Notes under the pieces: model-generated
Databases searched by the model: none
What the model was told of the DNA's origin: nothing
The model's input: the letters and a program-made list of their open reading frames with translations, nothing else
Part shown: positions 39,196 to 49,843 of the stretch, in pieces
How positions within the stretch are numbered: position 1 is the stretch's first letter
Layout of the letters: each line of letters starts with the position of its first letter
Assembly (NCBI GenBank): GCA_044867425.1
Contig: JBIOUX010000035.1
Coordinates: 11,477-75,476, forward strand
Source: Acidimicrobiia bacterium
GTDB lineage: Bacteria > Actinomycetota > Acidimicrobiia > IMCC26256 > BP-133
Length of the DNA: 64,000 nucleotides
Reading direction: 5' to 3'
Program-made: the position numbers and the translations under genes

Positions 39196-39921
39196 GTGCG
39201 AGTCGTGCTGCTCCACGGGTTCACGCAGGGTCCCGGGTCCTGGTCTTCGCTCGCCGCCCGGCTCGGCGAGGGCCACGACGTGGTCACCCCCGCCCTGCCC
39301 GGCCACGGGGGCGCCGGCGCCGTCACGGGAAGCTTCGAGGAGGAGGCGGTGGCCCTGGCCCAGTCGGTGGGCCCGCCGCCGGCGGTGTGGGTGGGCTATT
39401 CCCTGGGCGGCCGGCTGGCCTTGCGGATCGCGCTCGAACGCCCGGACCTGGTGGAGAGGCTCGTGCTGCTCGGCGCCACGGCCGGCCTGGCCGACCCGGC
39501 CGAGCGGGAGGCCCGCCGCCGGCGGGACGAGACCCTGGCCTCGGGCCTGGAGCGCAAGGGCCTGGACCGGTTCCTCGACGGCTGGCTGGCCCAACCCCTC
39601 TTCAAGAGCCTTCCTCCCGAGGCCGCGGGCCTGGAGGAACGCCGGACCAACACCGTGGAGGGCCTGGCCTCGGTGCTGCGCCGGCTGGGGACGGGCGCCC
39701 AGGAGCCGGTGTGGGACCGCCTTCATGAGCTGCGCATGCCGGTGCTGATCATGGCCGGCGAGCACGACAGCACCTTCGTGGCGCTCGCCTTCCACCTGGC
39801 CGCCGCCATCGGCGGGGAGGGCGAGGCGGGGCTGTCCTTCGTCCCCGGCGCCGGCCATGCCGCCCACCTGGAACGTCCCGACGCCTTCGCCCACATCCTG
39901 GAACGGTTCCTCGACCGCTGA
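39196..39921 (+). CDS. menH: SHCHC synthase (alpha/beta hydrolase)
   Basis: LHGFTQ, GYSLGGR, WLAQPLF, GHAAHLE; adjacent to menD. Confidence 0.85.
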   Translation: MRVVLLHGFTQGPGSWSSLAARLGEGHDVVTPALPGHGGAGAVTGSFEEEAVALAQSVGPPPAVWVGYSLGGRLALRIALERPDLVERLVLLGATAGLADPAEREARRRRDETLASGLERKGLDRFLDGWLAQPLFKSLPPEAAGLEERRTNTVEGLASVLRRLGTGAQEPVWDRLHELRMPVLIMAGEHDSTFVALAFHLAAAIGGEGEAGLSFVPGAGHAAHLERPDAFAHILERFLDR

Positions 39922-39926
39922 GCGGA

Positions 39927-40871
39927 TCACGGCCCGTCCTCCCCCGGGACGTCCTCGCCGGCCGGGGTGTCGGGGTCATCCGACAACGGGGCGCCGTAGC
40001 GGGCGAGCAGCTCGGGGTCGGGCACCGGGCGGCGGACGTCGAGCATCCCGTCGACGGGGACGAGGGGGTCCGCCACCACGTCGGCGGCCAGCAGCACGGC
40101 GGTACCCAGCCCGCAGGCGAAGGGCAGTTCGGGAAGGCAGGCGGCCAGCGCCACCCCGGCGGCCAGACCCACCGACGTCTCGTACAGCGAGGACACGATG
40201 GCGGGCACGCCCGCCGCCTCGGCGAGGGCCAGCGCCGGCCGCACGCCGCCCAGGGGTTGGGTCTTGACCACCAGGGCGTCGGCGGCGGCCAGCCGGCGCA
40301 GCCGGGAGGCGTCCTCGATGGTCCGCACCGCCTCGTCGGCGGCGAGGGGCACGGGCACGAGGCGCCGGAGCCGGGCCAGGTCCTCCAGGGTCTCCACCGG
40401 CTGCTCGGCCAGCTCGATGTCGTACTTGGCGAAGCGGAACAGGGCGACGACGGCCTCGTCCAGTCCCCAGAAGGCGTTGGCGTCGATGCGGATGCGCCCG
40501 GCGGGCCCGAGGGCGTCACGCACGGCCGCCACCCGGTCCAGGTCGGCGCCGGCCGGATCGGCGCCCACCTTGACCTTGACCGTCCCGACCCCCGCCGCCC
40601 GGGCCTCGGCGGCGAGCAGGCCCGCCTTCCGCGCCGGTACCGCCGGCACCAGGGCGTTGACCGGGATCTGTCGCCGCACCGGTGCCGGCCAGGGCTCGGA
40701 GCACGCCTCCTGGCAGGCGGCCCAGCAGTCGACGGGGTCCGACGGATAGCCGGGCAGAGGCGACCACTCCCCCCACCCGGCGGGGCCTTCGACCAGGAGG
40801 GCGTCGCGGCGCGTGCGCCCGGCCAGCGGCGTGCGCAGCGGCAGCCGGACGGCGAAGGCCCGGCGGGTCAT
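39927..40871 (-). CDS. menC: o-succinylbenzoate synthase
   Basis: GWGEWSP, VKVKVG, RIDAN, EQP, AADE. Confidence 0.88.
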   Translation of the reverse strand: MTRRAFAVRLPLRTPLAGRTRRDALLVEGPAGWGEWSPLPGYPSDPVDCWAACQEACSEPWPAPVRRQIPVNALVPAVPARKAGLLAAEARAAGVGTVKVKVGADPAGADLDRVAAVRDALGPAGRIRIDANAFWGLDEAVVALFRFAKYDIELAEQPVETLEDLARLRRLVPVPLAADEAVRTIEDASRLRRLAAADALVVKTQPLGGVRPALALAEAAGVPAIVSSLYETSVGLAAGVALAACLPELPFACGLGTAVLLAADVVADPLVPVDGMLDVRRPVPDPELLARYGAPLSDDPDTPAGEDVPGEDGP

Positions 40872-41728
40872 GACATCCACAGGCCGGCGGCCAGCAGGGC
40901 CGAGGTGACGAGCTGGAGGCGGGCGGTGCCCACCAGGACGGCCACCAGGGACGGCGGGTCGCGCCGGGTGGCGACGATCCGCAACGGGGGCAGGGCAAGG
41001 GGGACGGCCAGCAGCGCCAGCCCCGCCGGCGGACGGGCCACCGCCAACCCGGCCACGGCGGCGAAGGCACCGAGGACGCAGGCCCGGTACAGGGTCCGGG
41101 TCCTGGCCGGCCCCAGGCGGACGGCCAGGGTGCGCTTGCCCGCGTCGGCGTCGGTGTCGATGTCCCGCAGGTTGTTGGCCACCAGGATGGCGCAGGCCAG
41201 CAGCCCCACCGGCAGGGCCGCCACCAGGGCGACGGTGGGGAGGCGCTCCAGGTGGACGTAGGCGGATCCGGCAGTGGCCACGAATCCGAAGAAGACGAGG
41301 ACGGCCGCCTCCCCGAATCCCGAATACCCGTAAGGCCGGGGCCCGCCGGTGTAGAGGACGGCGGCGGCGATGCAGGCGGCCCCGACCAGGATGAGGCGCA
41401 GGTCCACCGCCACCGCCAGGGCGAGCCCGGCGCCGGCCGCCACCAGGAAGGCGATCCCGGCGGCCGTCCGCACCGCCTCGGGGGCGACCACCCCGGAGGC
41501 CGTCAACCGCACGGGCCCCTGGCGACGGGCGTCGGTGCCCCGGCGGCCATCGGAGTAGTCGTTGGCGTAGTTGACCCCGACCTGGAGGGCGACGGCGACA
41601 ACCAGCGCGGCCCCCGCCCGCCACGCCCGAAGCGGACCCTCGGAGGCGGCGGCGGCCGTGCCCACCAGCACCGGGGACACCGAAGCAGGCAGGGTGCGGG
41701 GCCGGGCGCCGGCCACCCAGGGGTTCAC
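40868..41728 (-). CDS. menA: DHNA polyprenyltransferase
   Basis: [32 protein letters not shown]. Confidence 0.92.
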   Translation of the reverse strand: MNPWVAGARPRTLPASVSPVLVGTAAAASEGPLRAWRAGAALVVAVALQVGVNYANDYSDGRRGTDARRQGPVRLTASGVVAPEAVRTAAGIAFLVAAGAGLALAVAVDLRLILVGAACIAAAVLYTGGPRPYGYSGFGEAAVLVFFGFVATAGSAYVHLERLPTVALVAALPVGLLACAILVANNLRDIDTDADAGKRTLAVRLGPARTRTLYRACVLGAFAAVAGLAVARPPAGLALLAVPLALPPLRIVATRRDPPSLVAVLVGTARLQLVTSALLAAGLWMS

Positions 41729-41732
41729 TCGC

Positions 41733-42579
41733 CTAGGGCCGGTGGGGGAACTTCCCGAAGTCGGGCGGCCGCTTCTCCACATAGGCGTCGCGCCCCTCCT
41801 GGGCCTCCTCGCTCATGTAGTAGAGCAAGGTGGCGTCGCCGGCCAGTTGCTGGATCCCGGCCAGGCCGTCGGTGTCGGCGTTGAAGGCGGCCTTGAGCAG
41901 GCGCAGCGCCAGCGGGCTCTTGGCCAGCATCTTGCGGCACCAGGCGACCGTCTCCGCCTCCAGGGACTCGAGGGGCACGACCTTGTTGACCAGGCCCATG
42001 CGCTCGGCTTCCTCGGCGTCGTACTGGTCGCACAGGTACCAGATCTCCCGGGCCTTCTTGTGGCCCACCATGCGGGCCAGGAGGCCGGCCCCGTACCCGC
42101 CGTCGAAGGAACCGACCTTGGGCCCCGTCTGGCCGAAGCGGGCGTTGTCGGCGCAGATGGTGAGGTCGCACACCACATGGAGGACGTGGCCGCCGCCGAT
42201 GGCGTAGCCCGCCACCATGGCCACCACCGGCTTGGGCAGCCGGCGGATCTGCACCTGGAGATCGAGCACGTTGAGGCGCCCCACGCCGTCGTCGCCGACG
42301 TAGCCGTCGTCGCCCCGGATGCGCTGGTCGCCGCCGGAGCAGAAGGCGTCGGGCCCCCTCGCCCGTCAGGATGATCACGCCCACGCTGCGGTCGTTGCGG
42401 GCCCGCTCGAAGGCGTCGGAGAGCTCGAAGAGGGTCTGGGGCCGGAAGGCGTTGCGGACCTCGGGCCGGCAGATGGTGAGCTTGGCGATGCCCTCGGCCG
42501 TCTCGTAGCGGATGTCGGTGTAGTCCCCGTCCGGCTTCCAGTCGGGGATGGCGGCGGTGCTATCGATCATGGGTGTCAT
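41733..42579 (-). CDS. menB: 1,4-dihydroxy-2-naphthoyl-CoA synthase, interrupted by a 1-nt insertion in a G-run at 42354-42358
   Basis: [10 protein letters not shown] in one frame; [27 protein letters not shown] in another; deleting one G restores EGPDAF. Confidence 0.88.
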
Positions 42580-42676
42580 CACTCCCAGAGCGTTCGCTAC
42601 CAGCATCACACGGTAGCTGTCCGGGGCCAGAAATTCGAAGGCGGACGATGGGCGATCCTCCCTAGGGTGACCGGCC

Positions 42677-44479
42677 ATGACCACGAGGCTCGCCTTTCCC
42701 ATCAGCGTCGTCCTGGCCGCCCTGCTGGTCCTGGTCGCCTTGACCACTCAGGTCGGTTCGGATGACCGCTCCTCCGTCGACGCCGCCGTCACCAAGCTTC
42801 ACGCCATCTTCGACGGCGAGCAGGAACGGCTCATGAAGGCCTACCCGACGTGGGCCTCCAGCCTCGGGGACCATCGCTACGACGACCGCTGGGACGACCT
42901 GAGCCCGGCCGCCATCGAGCGGAACCATCGGTCCAACATCGACGCCCTGGAGAAGCTCGAGGCCATCGACCGGTCCGTCCTGCCCGTCGACGAGCAGTTG
43001 AACTACGACCTGTTCCGCAGCCAGTACCGGGATTTCGTCGAGGAGCACCGCTTCCGCTCGTTCCTGATGCCTCTCGACCAGAACGGCGGCATCCAGACCG
43101 AGGACGAGCTGCGCGACAGCCTCCGGTTCGAGACCGAGGCGGACTACCGGAACTGGGTCGTCCGGCTCCAGACCTTCGGCCCGCACATGGACCAGACCAT
43201 CGCCCTGCTGGCCCAGGGGATTACCGAGGGCCGGACCCAGCCCCGGGTGATCATGGAGCGCATCCCGGCCCAGATCGCGGCCCAGGTGGTGGACGACCCC
43301 GAGCGGAGCCCATTCTGGATCCCCTTCCAGGAGATGGCCTCCGGCTTGGCTCCGGACACCCAGGAGCGGCTCCGGGCCGATGCCCGCCGCGCCATCACCG
43401 AGGTGGTGGTCCCCGCCTACCGTCGCCTCCAGGCCTTCTTCTCCGAGCGCTACCTCCCCGCCGCCCGCACCTCCGTCGGGGCCTGGGCCCTGCCCGAGGG
43501 CGACGCCTACTACGCCTTCAAGGTCCGCACCGAGACAACGACCGACAGGAGTCCCGAGGAGATCCACCAGCTCGGCCTGGCCGAGGTGGCCCGCATCAAG
43601 GCGGAGATGCAACAGGTCATCGACGAGGTCGGCTTCACCGGGAGCTACGCCGAGTTCCTCGAGTTCCTGCGAACCGACCCCCGCTTCTACTACGGGGACC
43701 GGGAGGAGCTCCTCGCCTCCTACCAGGCCATCACCAAGCGGATCGACCCGGAGCTCACCCGGCTCTTCGGGAAGCTGCCCCGCCTCCCCTACGGGGTGAA
43801 GCCCGTCCCCGACATCGCCGCCCCCGACACCCACACGGCGTACTACAACGAGGGCACGGCCGACGGCACCCGGGCCGGTGCCGTCTACGTGAATCTCTAC
43901 AAGCCCGAGGTGCGGCCCAAGTACGAGATGGAAGCGCTCATGGCCCACGAGGGGGTGCCGGGGCACCATCTGCAGATCTCCCTGGCCCTGGAGCAGGGCG
44001 ACGTCCCCTGGTTCCGCCGCCACGCCCACTACACCGGCTTCGTCGAGGGCTGGGGCCTCTACAGCGAGAGCCTCGGCTCTGAGCTCGGACTCTACCGGGA
44101 CCCCTACAGCCACTTCGGCCAGCTCACCTACGAGATGTGGCGGGCCATCCGGCTGGTGGTCGATACCGGGCTACACGCCAAGCACTGGACCCGGGACCAG
44201 GCCATCGCCTTCTTCCGGGACCACGCGGGCAAGGCCGAACACGACATCACGAACGAGGTCGACCGCTACATCGGCTGGCCGGGCCAGGCCCTGGCCTACA
44301 AGATCGGCCAGCTCAAGATCACCGAGCTGCGCCGGCGGGCCGAGGAGCGCCTCGGCGACCGCTTCGACATCCGCGCCTTCCACGACACGGTGCTCGGCTC
44401 CGGGGCGGTGCCTCTCGACATCCTGGAGCGCAACGTCGACGCCTGGATCGAACAGCAGCTCGCCGCCAAGAAGCCATAA
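42677..44479 (+). CDS. DUF885-family secreted metalloprotein
   Basis: [37 protein letters not shown]. Confidence 0.9.
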   Translation: MTTRLAFPISVVLAALLVLVALTTQVGSDDRSSVDAAVTKLHAIFDGEQERLMKAYPTWASSLGDHRYDDRWDDLSPAAIERNHRSNIDALEKLEAIDRSVLPVDEQLNYDLFRSQYRDFVEEHRFRSFLMPLDQNGGIQTEDELRDSLRFETEADYRNWVVRLQTFGPHMDQTIALLAQGITEGRTQPRVIMERIPAQIAAQVVDDPERSPFWIPFQEMASGLAPDTQERLRADARRAITEVVVPAYRRLQAFFSERYLPAARTSVGAWALPEGDAYYAFKVRTETTTDRSPEEIHQLGLAEVARIKAEMQQVIDEVGFTGSYAEFLEFLRTDPRFYYGDREELLASYQAITKRIDPELTRLFGKLPRLPYGVKPVPDIAAPDTHTAYYNEGTADGTRAGAVYVNLYKPEVRPKYEMEALMAHEGVPGHHLQISLALEQGDVPWFRRHAHYTGFVEGWGLYSESLGSELGLYRDPYSHFGQLTYEMWRAIRLVVDTGLHAKHWTRDQAIAFFRDHAGKAEHDITNEVDRYIGWPGQALAYKIGQLKITELRRRAEERLGDRFDIRAFHDTVLGSGAVPLDILERNVDAWIEQQLAAKKP

Positions 44480-44544
44480 CTGTCGCACCCGCGGTTTATG
44501 ATCTCTCTGAAACGAACGCATGTTCGATGAGAAGGGAGATCGTC

Positions 44545-44781
44545 GTGACCTGGATCCTGACCGGAGCCACCGTGATGATGTTGAGCGTGATCGCCGTGGC
44601 CTACCGGCGTGCCGACCGGGAGCGGTGCCAGGCCGCCCACCCCACCGCCCTGCGCCTCGCCTACCCGCTCCTGGTGGCGGCCAACGGCGACACCCCCGTG
44701 GCCGCCGCACCCTGTCCGCCCCGCCGGGAACGCCACCTGGTGGTGGTCTGCACCGACGGCAAGGAGATCACCCGGCGATGA
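44545..44781 (+). CDS. Small hypothetical membrane protein (78 aa)
   Basis: AAGGGAG RBS before GTG; N-terminal hydrophobic helix; AAHPTA..RHLVVV. Confidence 0.45.
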   Translation: MTWILTGATVMMLSVIAVAYRRADRERCQAAHPTALRLAYPLLVAANGDTPVAAAPCPPRRERHLVVVCTDGKEITRR

Positions 44782-47700
44782 GGGCCTCCACCCGCCTCTC
44801 GATGGCACCCAGGCCGAGAGCCCGGGCCGTCCCCAGGCTCTGCTCCAGCATCGCCGCCGCTCGCCCGGCGTCCTCCGGCCGGCCCTGGCGCACCAGGACC
44901 CGGGCGCACTCCAACTGGGAGCGGGCCAGCCACACCGGGGCCGGGAGGCGCTCCTCGGTGCGCATCGCCTCCTCGAAGTGCGCTCTCGCCGCCTCGAGAC
45001 GGCCCTCGGTGGCGGCCAGCAGGCCGAGGTAGTGGTCGATGGGCCCGGTGGTGGCGGCGCCGTTGGTGGCGAGCAGACCGGCGTAGGGGGCGAGCCCTTC
45101 GTAGAGAGTCCCGGCCCGCTCGGCGTCGTCGAGGAGGAACGCCACCTCCGCCAGGATCGTCGCCCCGAACATCCAGGCGAAGGGCAGCGCGAAACCAGTG
45201 GCGGCGAGCTCGTCGAAGAAGACCCGGGCTTCCTCGAGACGGCCGAGTTCGCACAGCGTCAGGCAGTAGGCGGCCAGGGGCAGCGGCGACCGCCGCGGGC
45301 GGCGCATCGCCCGGCTGAAGAACTCCAGGGTCTCCCCCAGCCGGCCCTGGTCGTATCGGAGCCAGAACAGCTGGATGCCGAAGAAGCTGAAGGCGTCGGG
45401 CTGGCCTGACGCCTGGTTCAGGGCGAAGGCTTCGTAGGCCAGGGCCTCGGATTCCTCCAACCGACCTTGGATCCGGCTGAGGTGCGAACGTCCAGCCGTG
45501 GCGATGAAACGCAGGAACGGCTCACGAACGTCGTCGGCCATCCTGGTCGAGCTGGCGATCAGCGCTTCGGCGACGTCCAGATCCCCAGCCATGACCGCGG
45601 TCATGAACCCCCACGTGGGGGCCCAGAAGGCCAGGGCCGGGTCGCCGAGCTGCTCGGCCACCGCGCCGAGCTCCGCCGTGTGGGCCCGCAGGGCGCCAAC
45701 ATCGAGCGACGTGAAGATGGGGACGTAGCCCCGCACGAGGGCATCCGCCAAGGTCGGGAGATCGCCCAGTCGCCGGGCCATGTCCAGCCCGGCCGTGGCC
45801 AGCTGCAAGCGGCGCTCCGGCTCCGTGGCGAAGACCAGCTCGGACGCCAGGGTGACCAGCAGCCGGGCCCGGGTGGCGGAGTCACCCGGGCCCAGGGCGT
45901 CGAGTGCAGCCTCGACGACCTGCACCCGCTCGTCGTCCACCTCGTTGAGGAGGCTGAAGAACGCCCGGTGGTTCGCCAGGGCGGCGCGTCCCAGGCGCTC
46001 AGCGTCACCGAGGCCCTGGGCCCGGCGGGCGGCCTCCAGCAGTGTCCGGCGATGGTCGGCATCGCCCGCCCGGCGCTGGGCCTCGCCCAGGGAGATCAGC
46101 AAGTCGCACCGCAAGGCCTCGTCCGCCTCGCCCTCGGAAGACGCCAGCAGGTCGAGGGCGTGGCGGTAGTAGTCGAGTGCCTCTTCAAAAGCCAGACCGG
46201 CGCCCGCCCGGTCCCCGGCCCGCCGGGCGTAGTCCACAGCCCGCACCACCTCGCCGAGGCTGGCCGCCTCGCTGAAGTGGCGGGCGAGCTCACTGACGTG
46301 GGTGTCGGCGTCGGGTCGGGCCTCGAGGATCTCCCCGATCCGGCGGTGCAGGCGCAGGCGCCGGGTGCTGGGCATGTCCTCGTAGAGGGCGGAGCGGACG
46401 AGGGCGTGGGCGAAGGCGTAGTGCTCGGCCCGCCCGCTGGTGGCCGCCACCAGGCGCGCCTCCTCCGCCTCTTCCAGCGAGTCGAGCACCGCGTCCCGGT
46501 TCACGTCACCCACCGCGGCCAGGAGCCCGACATCGAACTCGCGCCCGATGACCGCGGCCAGGGAGAGCACCTCGTTGGCCGACGGGGGTAGCTGGGCCAG
46601 GCGCCGGCCCACGATCTCCCGGACCCCTTCGGGGATGCCGAGCTCACCCAGCGGGCGGGCGGTGATCCAGCGCTGCTCCCGGCGGATGACGGCGCCCGTT
46701 TCGGCCAGGTGGCGGAGCAGCTCGCCCACGAAGAACGGGTTGCCGTCCGTCTCGCTGTGGACGGCGCGGGCGAAGGCCATGTCCTCGGGTTCGAGAGGAT
46801 GACCGGCGGCCGCCTCGATGAGGGCCGTGGTCTCGCCCTCATCCAGTCCCTTGAGCGACATGCGCTCGACGTCGGGTTCGCGCCGGAGGTCGGCCACGGT
46901 CTGGGCCAGCGCCGAGCCACGGGGCACGTCGGTCTCGCGGTAGGTGGCCACCACCAGGAGCCGGTCCGCCTCCCCGGACCGCATGAGGTGGCGCAAGAGG
47001 AGCAACGTCGGTTTCCCCGCCCAGTGCAGGTCGTCGAGCAGCAGCAGGACGGGCGCCGAGCGCGCCATCCCGGACAGGAAGTCGCGTACCGCCTCCAGCA
47101 ACCGGTAGCGCTCCGTCTCGGGCTCCGCCCGTAGCGGCTCGGCGAGCTCCGGCATCCGGGATGGCAGCCCCGGCACCAGGCGGGCCACCTCGCCGCCCAG
47201 CGGGCCCAGCTGGTCCCGCAGGTCGGCCGGCGGGCAGGCGGCCACGTAGCGTCCCAGCGCCTCGGCGAAAGGCTGGTAGGGCAGGCCGGGCTCCTCCTCG
47301 CAGCGCCCGTAGAGCACCACCCCGCCCTCGGGGTGAACGAGGTGTGCCAGTTGCGCCATGAGTCGGGTCTTGCCGATACCCGGCTCTCCAGCCACCAGGA
47401 CGAGGGCCCGCCGGCCGATGATGGCGTTCTTCCACGCGCCGGTCAGGCGATTCAGCTCGGTGCGCCGGCCCACGAAGCGGAAGGCGGCGGCCCGTTCGAT
47501 CCCGGCCGGGAGGGGGATGGAGAGGCCGATCTCGGGAGCCCAGTCGACTTCGTAGGCCCCGACCTCGCCAGGGAGGCCCTTCAGCTCCAGGTTGCCGACG
47601 CCCGAGAATCGGTAGCCGGACTGGCCGCCGACCAGCAGGCGCACCACCGGGCTGACCAGGATCTGCCCGCCCTGTGCGGCGTGGCACAAGCGGGAGGCCT

Positions 47701-48094
47701 CCACCACCGGGAGGCCGAAGCAGTCTTCCGCCTCGAAGCTGATGTCACCCGAGCTGATGCCCAGGCGGGCGTCGAGCCGGGAATCGGAGGGGGCCGAGCG
47801 GTTGTGCCGGTCGAAGGCCCGCTGAATGGCGACGGCGGCGTCGACAGCGGCGGCGGCGCCGGCGAAGGTGGCCATGATCCCGTCACCGAGGCTCTTGACC
47901 ACCCGTCCCTGGTGGAGCAACACGGCTTCGCCCAGGAGCCAGTCGTGGGTGCGCCGGAGAGCATCGGCCGCCCCTTCGGTCAGGCGCGACCACCGCTCGG
48001 TCGACGCCACCAGGTCGGTGAACAGGACCGTGGCCGTCGAACGCCCTCCCCCTCCGCCCGGCGTCACGGGGCCATCGTAGGCTCCGGCCGACAA
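44768..48094 (-). CDS. Class III adenylate/guanylate cyclase with AAA ATPase and TPR-like region
   Basis: VLFTDLVAST, KSLGDG, EASRLC; GEPGIGKT, LDDLHWA, GNPFF. Confidence 0.88.
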   Translation of the reverse strand: MSAGAYDGPVTPGGGGGRSTATVLFTDLVASTERWSRLTEGAADALRRTHDWLLGEAVLLHQGRVVKSLGDGIMATFAGAAAAVDAAVAIQRAFDRHNRSAPSDSRLDARLGISSGDISFEAEDCFGLPVVEASRLCHAAQGGQILVSPVVRLLVGGQSGYRFSGVGNLELKGLPGEVGAYEVDWAPEIGLSIPLPAGIERAAAFRFVGRRTELNRLTGAWKNAIIGRRALVLVAGEPGIGKTRLMAQLAHLVHPEGGVVLYGRCEEEPGLPYQPFAEALGRYVAACPPADLRDQLGPLGGEVARLVPGLPSRMPELAEPLRAEPETERYRLLEAVRDFLSGMARSAPVLLLLDDLHWAGKPTLLLLRHLMRSGEADRLLVVATYRETDVPRGSALAQTVADLRREPDVERMSLKGLDEGETTALIEAAAGHPLEPEDMAFARAVHSETDGNPFFVGELLRHLAETGAVIRREQRWITARPLGELGIPEGVREIVGRRLAQLPPSANEVLSLAAVIGREFDVGLLAAVGDVNRDAVLDSLEEAEEARLVAATSGRAEHYAFAHALVRSALYEDMPSTRRLRLHRRIGEILEARPDADTHVSELARHFSEAASLGEVVRAVDYARRAGDRAGAGLAFEEALDYYRHALDLLASSEGEADEALRCDLLISLGEAQRRAGDADHRRTLLEAARRAQGLGDAERLGRAALANHRAFFSLLNEVDDERVQVVEAALDALGPGDSATRARLLVTLASELVFATEPERRLQLATAGLDMARRLGDLPTLADALVRGYVPIFTSLDVGALRAHTAELGAVAEQLGDPALAFWAPTWGFMTAVMAGDLDVAEALIASSTRMADDVREPFLRFIATAGRSHLSRIQGRLEESEALAYEAFALNQASGQPDAFSFFGIQLFWLRYDQGRLGETLEFFSRAMRRPRRSPLPLAAYCLTLCELGRLEEARVFFDELAATGFALPFAWMFGATILAEVAFLLDDAERAGTLYEGLAPYAGLLATNGAATTGPIDHYLGLLAATEGRLEAARAHFEEAMRTEERLPAPVWLARSQLECARVLVRQGRPEDAGRAAAMLEQSLGTARALGLGAIERRVEALIAG

Positions 48095-48095
48095 T

Positions 48096-49196
48096 TCAGG
48101 ATGGGCGGTGACCAGGGACTTCAGCTGCCCGGCGCAGGTGGTCGACCAGGTCGTCCAGCCGGGCGTGGGCGTTGAGGCCGCTGGTGGAGGGCATGACGTA
48201 GGCGGGGACGCCGGCGAAGCCGCCGGGCTGCGTCCCGGGCCGGGCCCGGCGGTCGACGGCGGCCCGCCAGCCGGCCAGGCCGACGAAGACGACCGCGCCG
48301 GGGCGGAGCCACTCCACCAGGCGGCGCACCCGCTCGACGCCGGCGGCGTATTCGGCCGGACCCAGGAGATCGGCCCGGGGGGTGGCCCGCTTCACCAGGT
48401 CGGTCATCCCCACACCGTCCACCGTCAGGGCGTGGAACGGGTCGCGGGCCCGGGACACGAGGCCCGCGTCCCGCGCCGCCGGCCAGAAGCGGTTGGTGGC
48501 CCCGGCGTAGCCGTAGCCGGCGTCGGCGGCCACCAGGGACGGATTGAGGCCGCACACCAACAGGCGCATGCGCGGGCCCACGAAGTCGGGCAGGGTGCGG
48601 GCCCGCCGGGCCCGCACCCAGGCGGCGTCGCCTGCCACCTCGGTCCGCTCCACGTCGAAGCCGGCGCCGGCCACCACCTCGGCGAAGCGCTCGGGGGGCC
48701 AGCGGGCGAAGAAGCGGCCCCCGGGGTGCGGGGTGTCCCCGAGAGCAAACTCGTCGTCGCTCAGGTACCCCTCGTCGTCGCCCACCAGGGCGGTGATCTC
48801 CAGCGGGGCGTCGAGCGCCAGGGCCCGGTGCAGACGGGCCAGCGCCAAGGGGAGGCGGACCTTGGCCACATGGACGTACGTGTTGCGGGCCCAGGCCCCG
48901 CCCAGCGAGCCGTCCCGGAAGGGAAGCGCCTCGAGGTCGCCCTGGACCACCACGACCCCCGGTGCCCGGCTCCGGGCCCGGTCCACCATGGCGGCGGCGG
49001 CGTCGATCCCGACCACCGTGCCTGTTCCGGCCAGCGCCGGAAGGTACACGCCCGGCCCACAGCCGAGATCGGCGCAGGGCAGCCCCGGAAGGACGGAGGC
49101 GGCGAGGGCGGTCGCCCGGGCGGCATGGCGGGCGGGCCGGCGGGCGTCGTACTCGGTGGCCTGGGCCTCGTAGATTCCGATCGTGGCCCGGTCCAC
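48096..49196 (-). CDS. SAM methyltransferase fused to mismatch-specific uracil-DNA glycosylase (MUG/TDG family)
   Basis: DLGCGPG; then CGLNPS, NRFW, TDLVKRAT, MPSTSGLNA. Confidence 0.8.
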   Translation of the reverse strand: MDRATIGIYEAQATEYDARRPARHAARATALAASVLPGLPCADLGCGPGVYLPALAGTGTVVGIDAAAAMVDRARSRAPGVVVVQGDLEALPFRDGSLGGAWARNTYVHVAKVRLPLALARLHRALALDAPLEITALVGDDEGYLSDDEFALGDTPHPGGRFFARWPPERFAEVVAGAGFDVERTEVAGDAAWVRARRARTLPDFVGPRMRLLVCGLNPSLVAADAGYGYAGATNRFWPAARDAGLVSRARDPFHALTVDGVGMTDLVKRATPRADLLGPAEYAAGVERVRRLVEWLRPGAVVFVGLAGWRAAVDRRARPGTQPGGFAGVPAYVMPSTSGLNAHARLDDLVDHLRRAAEVPGHRPS

Positions 49197-49201
49197 CGCC
49201 G

Positions 49202-49678
49202 CTACCAGCCCGCCGTTCCCGGCCCTCCCTTGAAGGGGCCGTGGATGCGGGCGGTGATCCAGCCGCCGTAAAAGTCGCCCGCCTGGGCGGCGACCCGCTC
49301 CCCGTCCACGAAGCAGCCGTCCACCCGCCCCGGATAGAAGGCGACGTACCCGGTCAGAGTCCCGTAGCCGGCGGCGGGATCGGGATAGGACCAGGCCGCC
49401 TCGGCCACGCGCCGGTCGCCCGCCTGGGCGCTCCAGTAGACGGCCACGCCCTTGAACTCGCAGAAGGAGCGGCGAGTCTCGGCGCTGAGGACGCCGGTGA
49501 CCACGTCGCCGGGCGGCAGGTAGTACACCGGCGGGTGGCTGGTCTCCAGCACCCGCAACGCCCGCTGCGACTCGGCGATGACCTCTCCGCCCAGGTGCAC
49601 GGTCACGTGCTCGGCGCTGGCCTCCACCCGGGGCGGCCGGGGGTAGTCCCACACCGACTCGGGCCGACCACCGCTCAT
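49202..49678 (-). CDS. DUF427 domain protein
   Basis: ESVWDYPRPP, LETSHPPVYY, CEFKG, FYGGWIT. Confidence 0.88.
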   Translation of the reverse strand: MSGGRPESVWDYPRPPRVEASAEHVTVHLGGEVIAESQRALRVLETSHPPVYYLPPGDVVTGVLSAETRRSFCEFKGVAVYWSAQAGDRRVAEAAWSYPDPAAGYGTLTGYVAFYPGRVDGCFVDGERVAAQAGDFYGGWITARIHGPFKGGPGTAGW

Positions 49679-49687
49679 GCCCCGAGG

Positions 49688-49790
49688 TTAAGGCGTCCCG
49701 GGCGGCCGACGCCTGAAGGCGGCGGACGGGGTGGCGGCGGAGGAGAGGGAAACCGTCGCCACCCCGAACGCCGGAGGGGGCACGCCCCAG
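49688..49790 (-). ncRNA. Candidate small RNA or structured leader with a pyrimidine-rich (anti-SD) loop
   Basis: 14-bp stem 49727-49740/49753-49766 with loop UUUCCCUCUCCU on the minus strand; flanking hairpins; PhoP-like boxes upstream. Confidence 0.4.
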
Positions 49791-49804
49791 TCAAGCGACC
49801 GGAC

Positions 49805-49843
49805 CTGGGACGTACCTGCACCTCACCTGTGAGCTCCCTGTGA
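49805..49843 (-). promoter_or_regulatory. PhoP-type direct-repeat box array
   Basis: Minus strand TCACAG-N5-TCACAG-N5-GTGCAG-N5-TCCCAG, exact 11-bp period. Confidence 0.6.
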
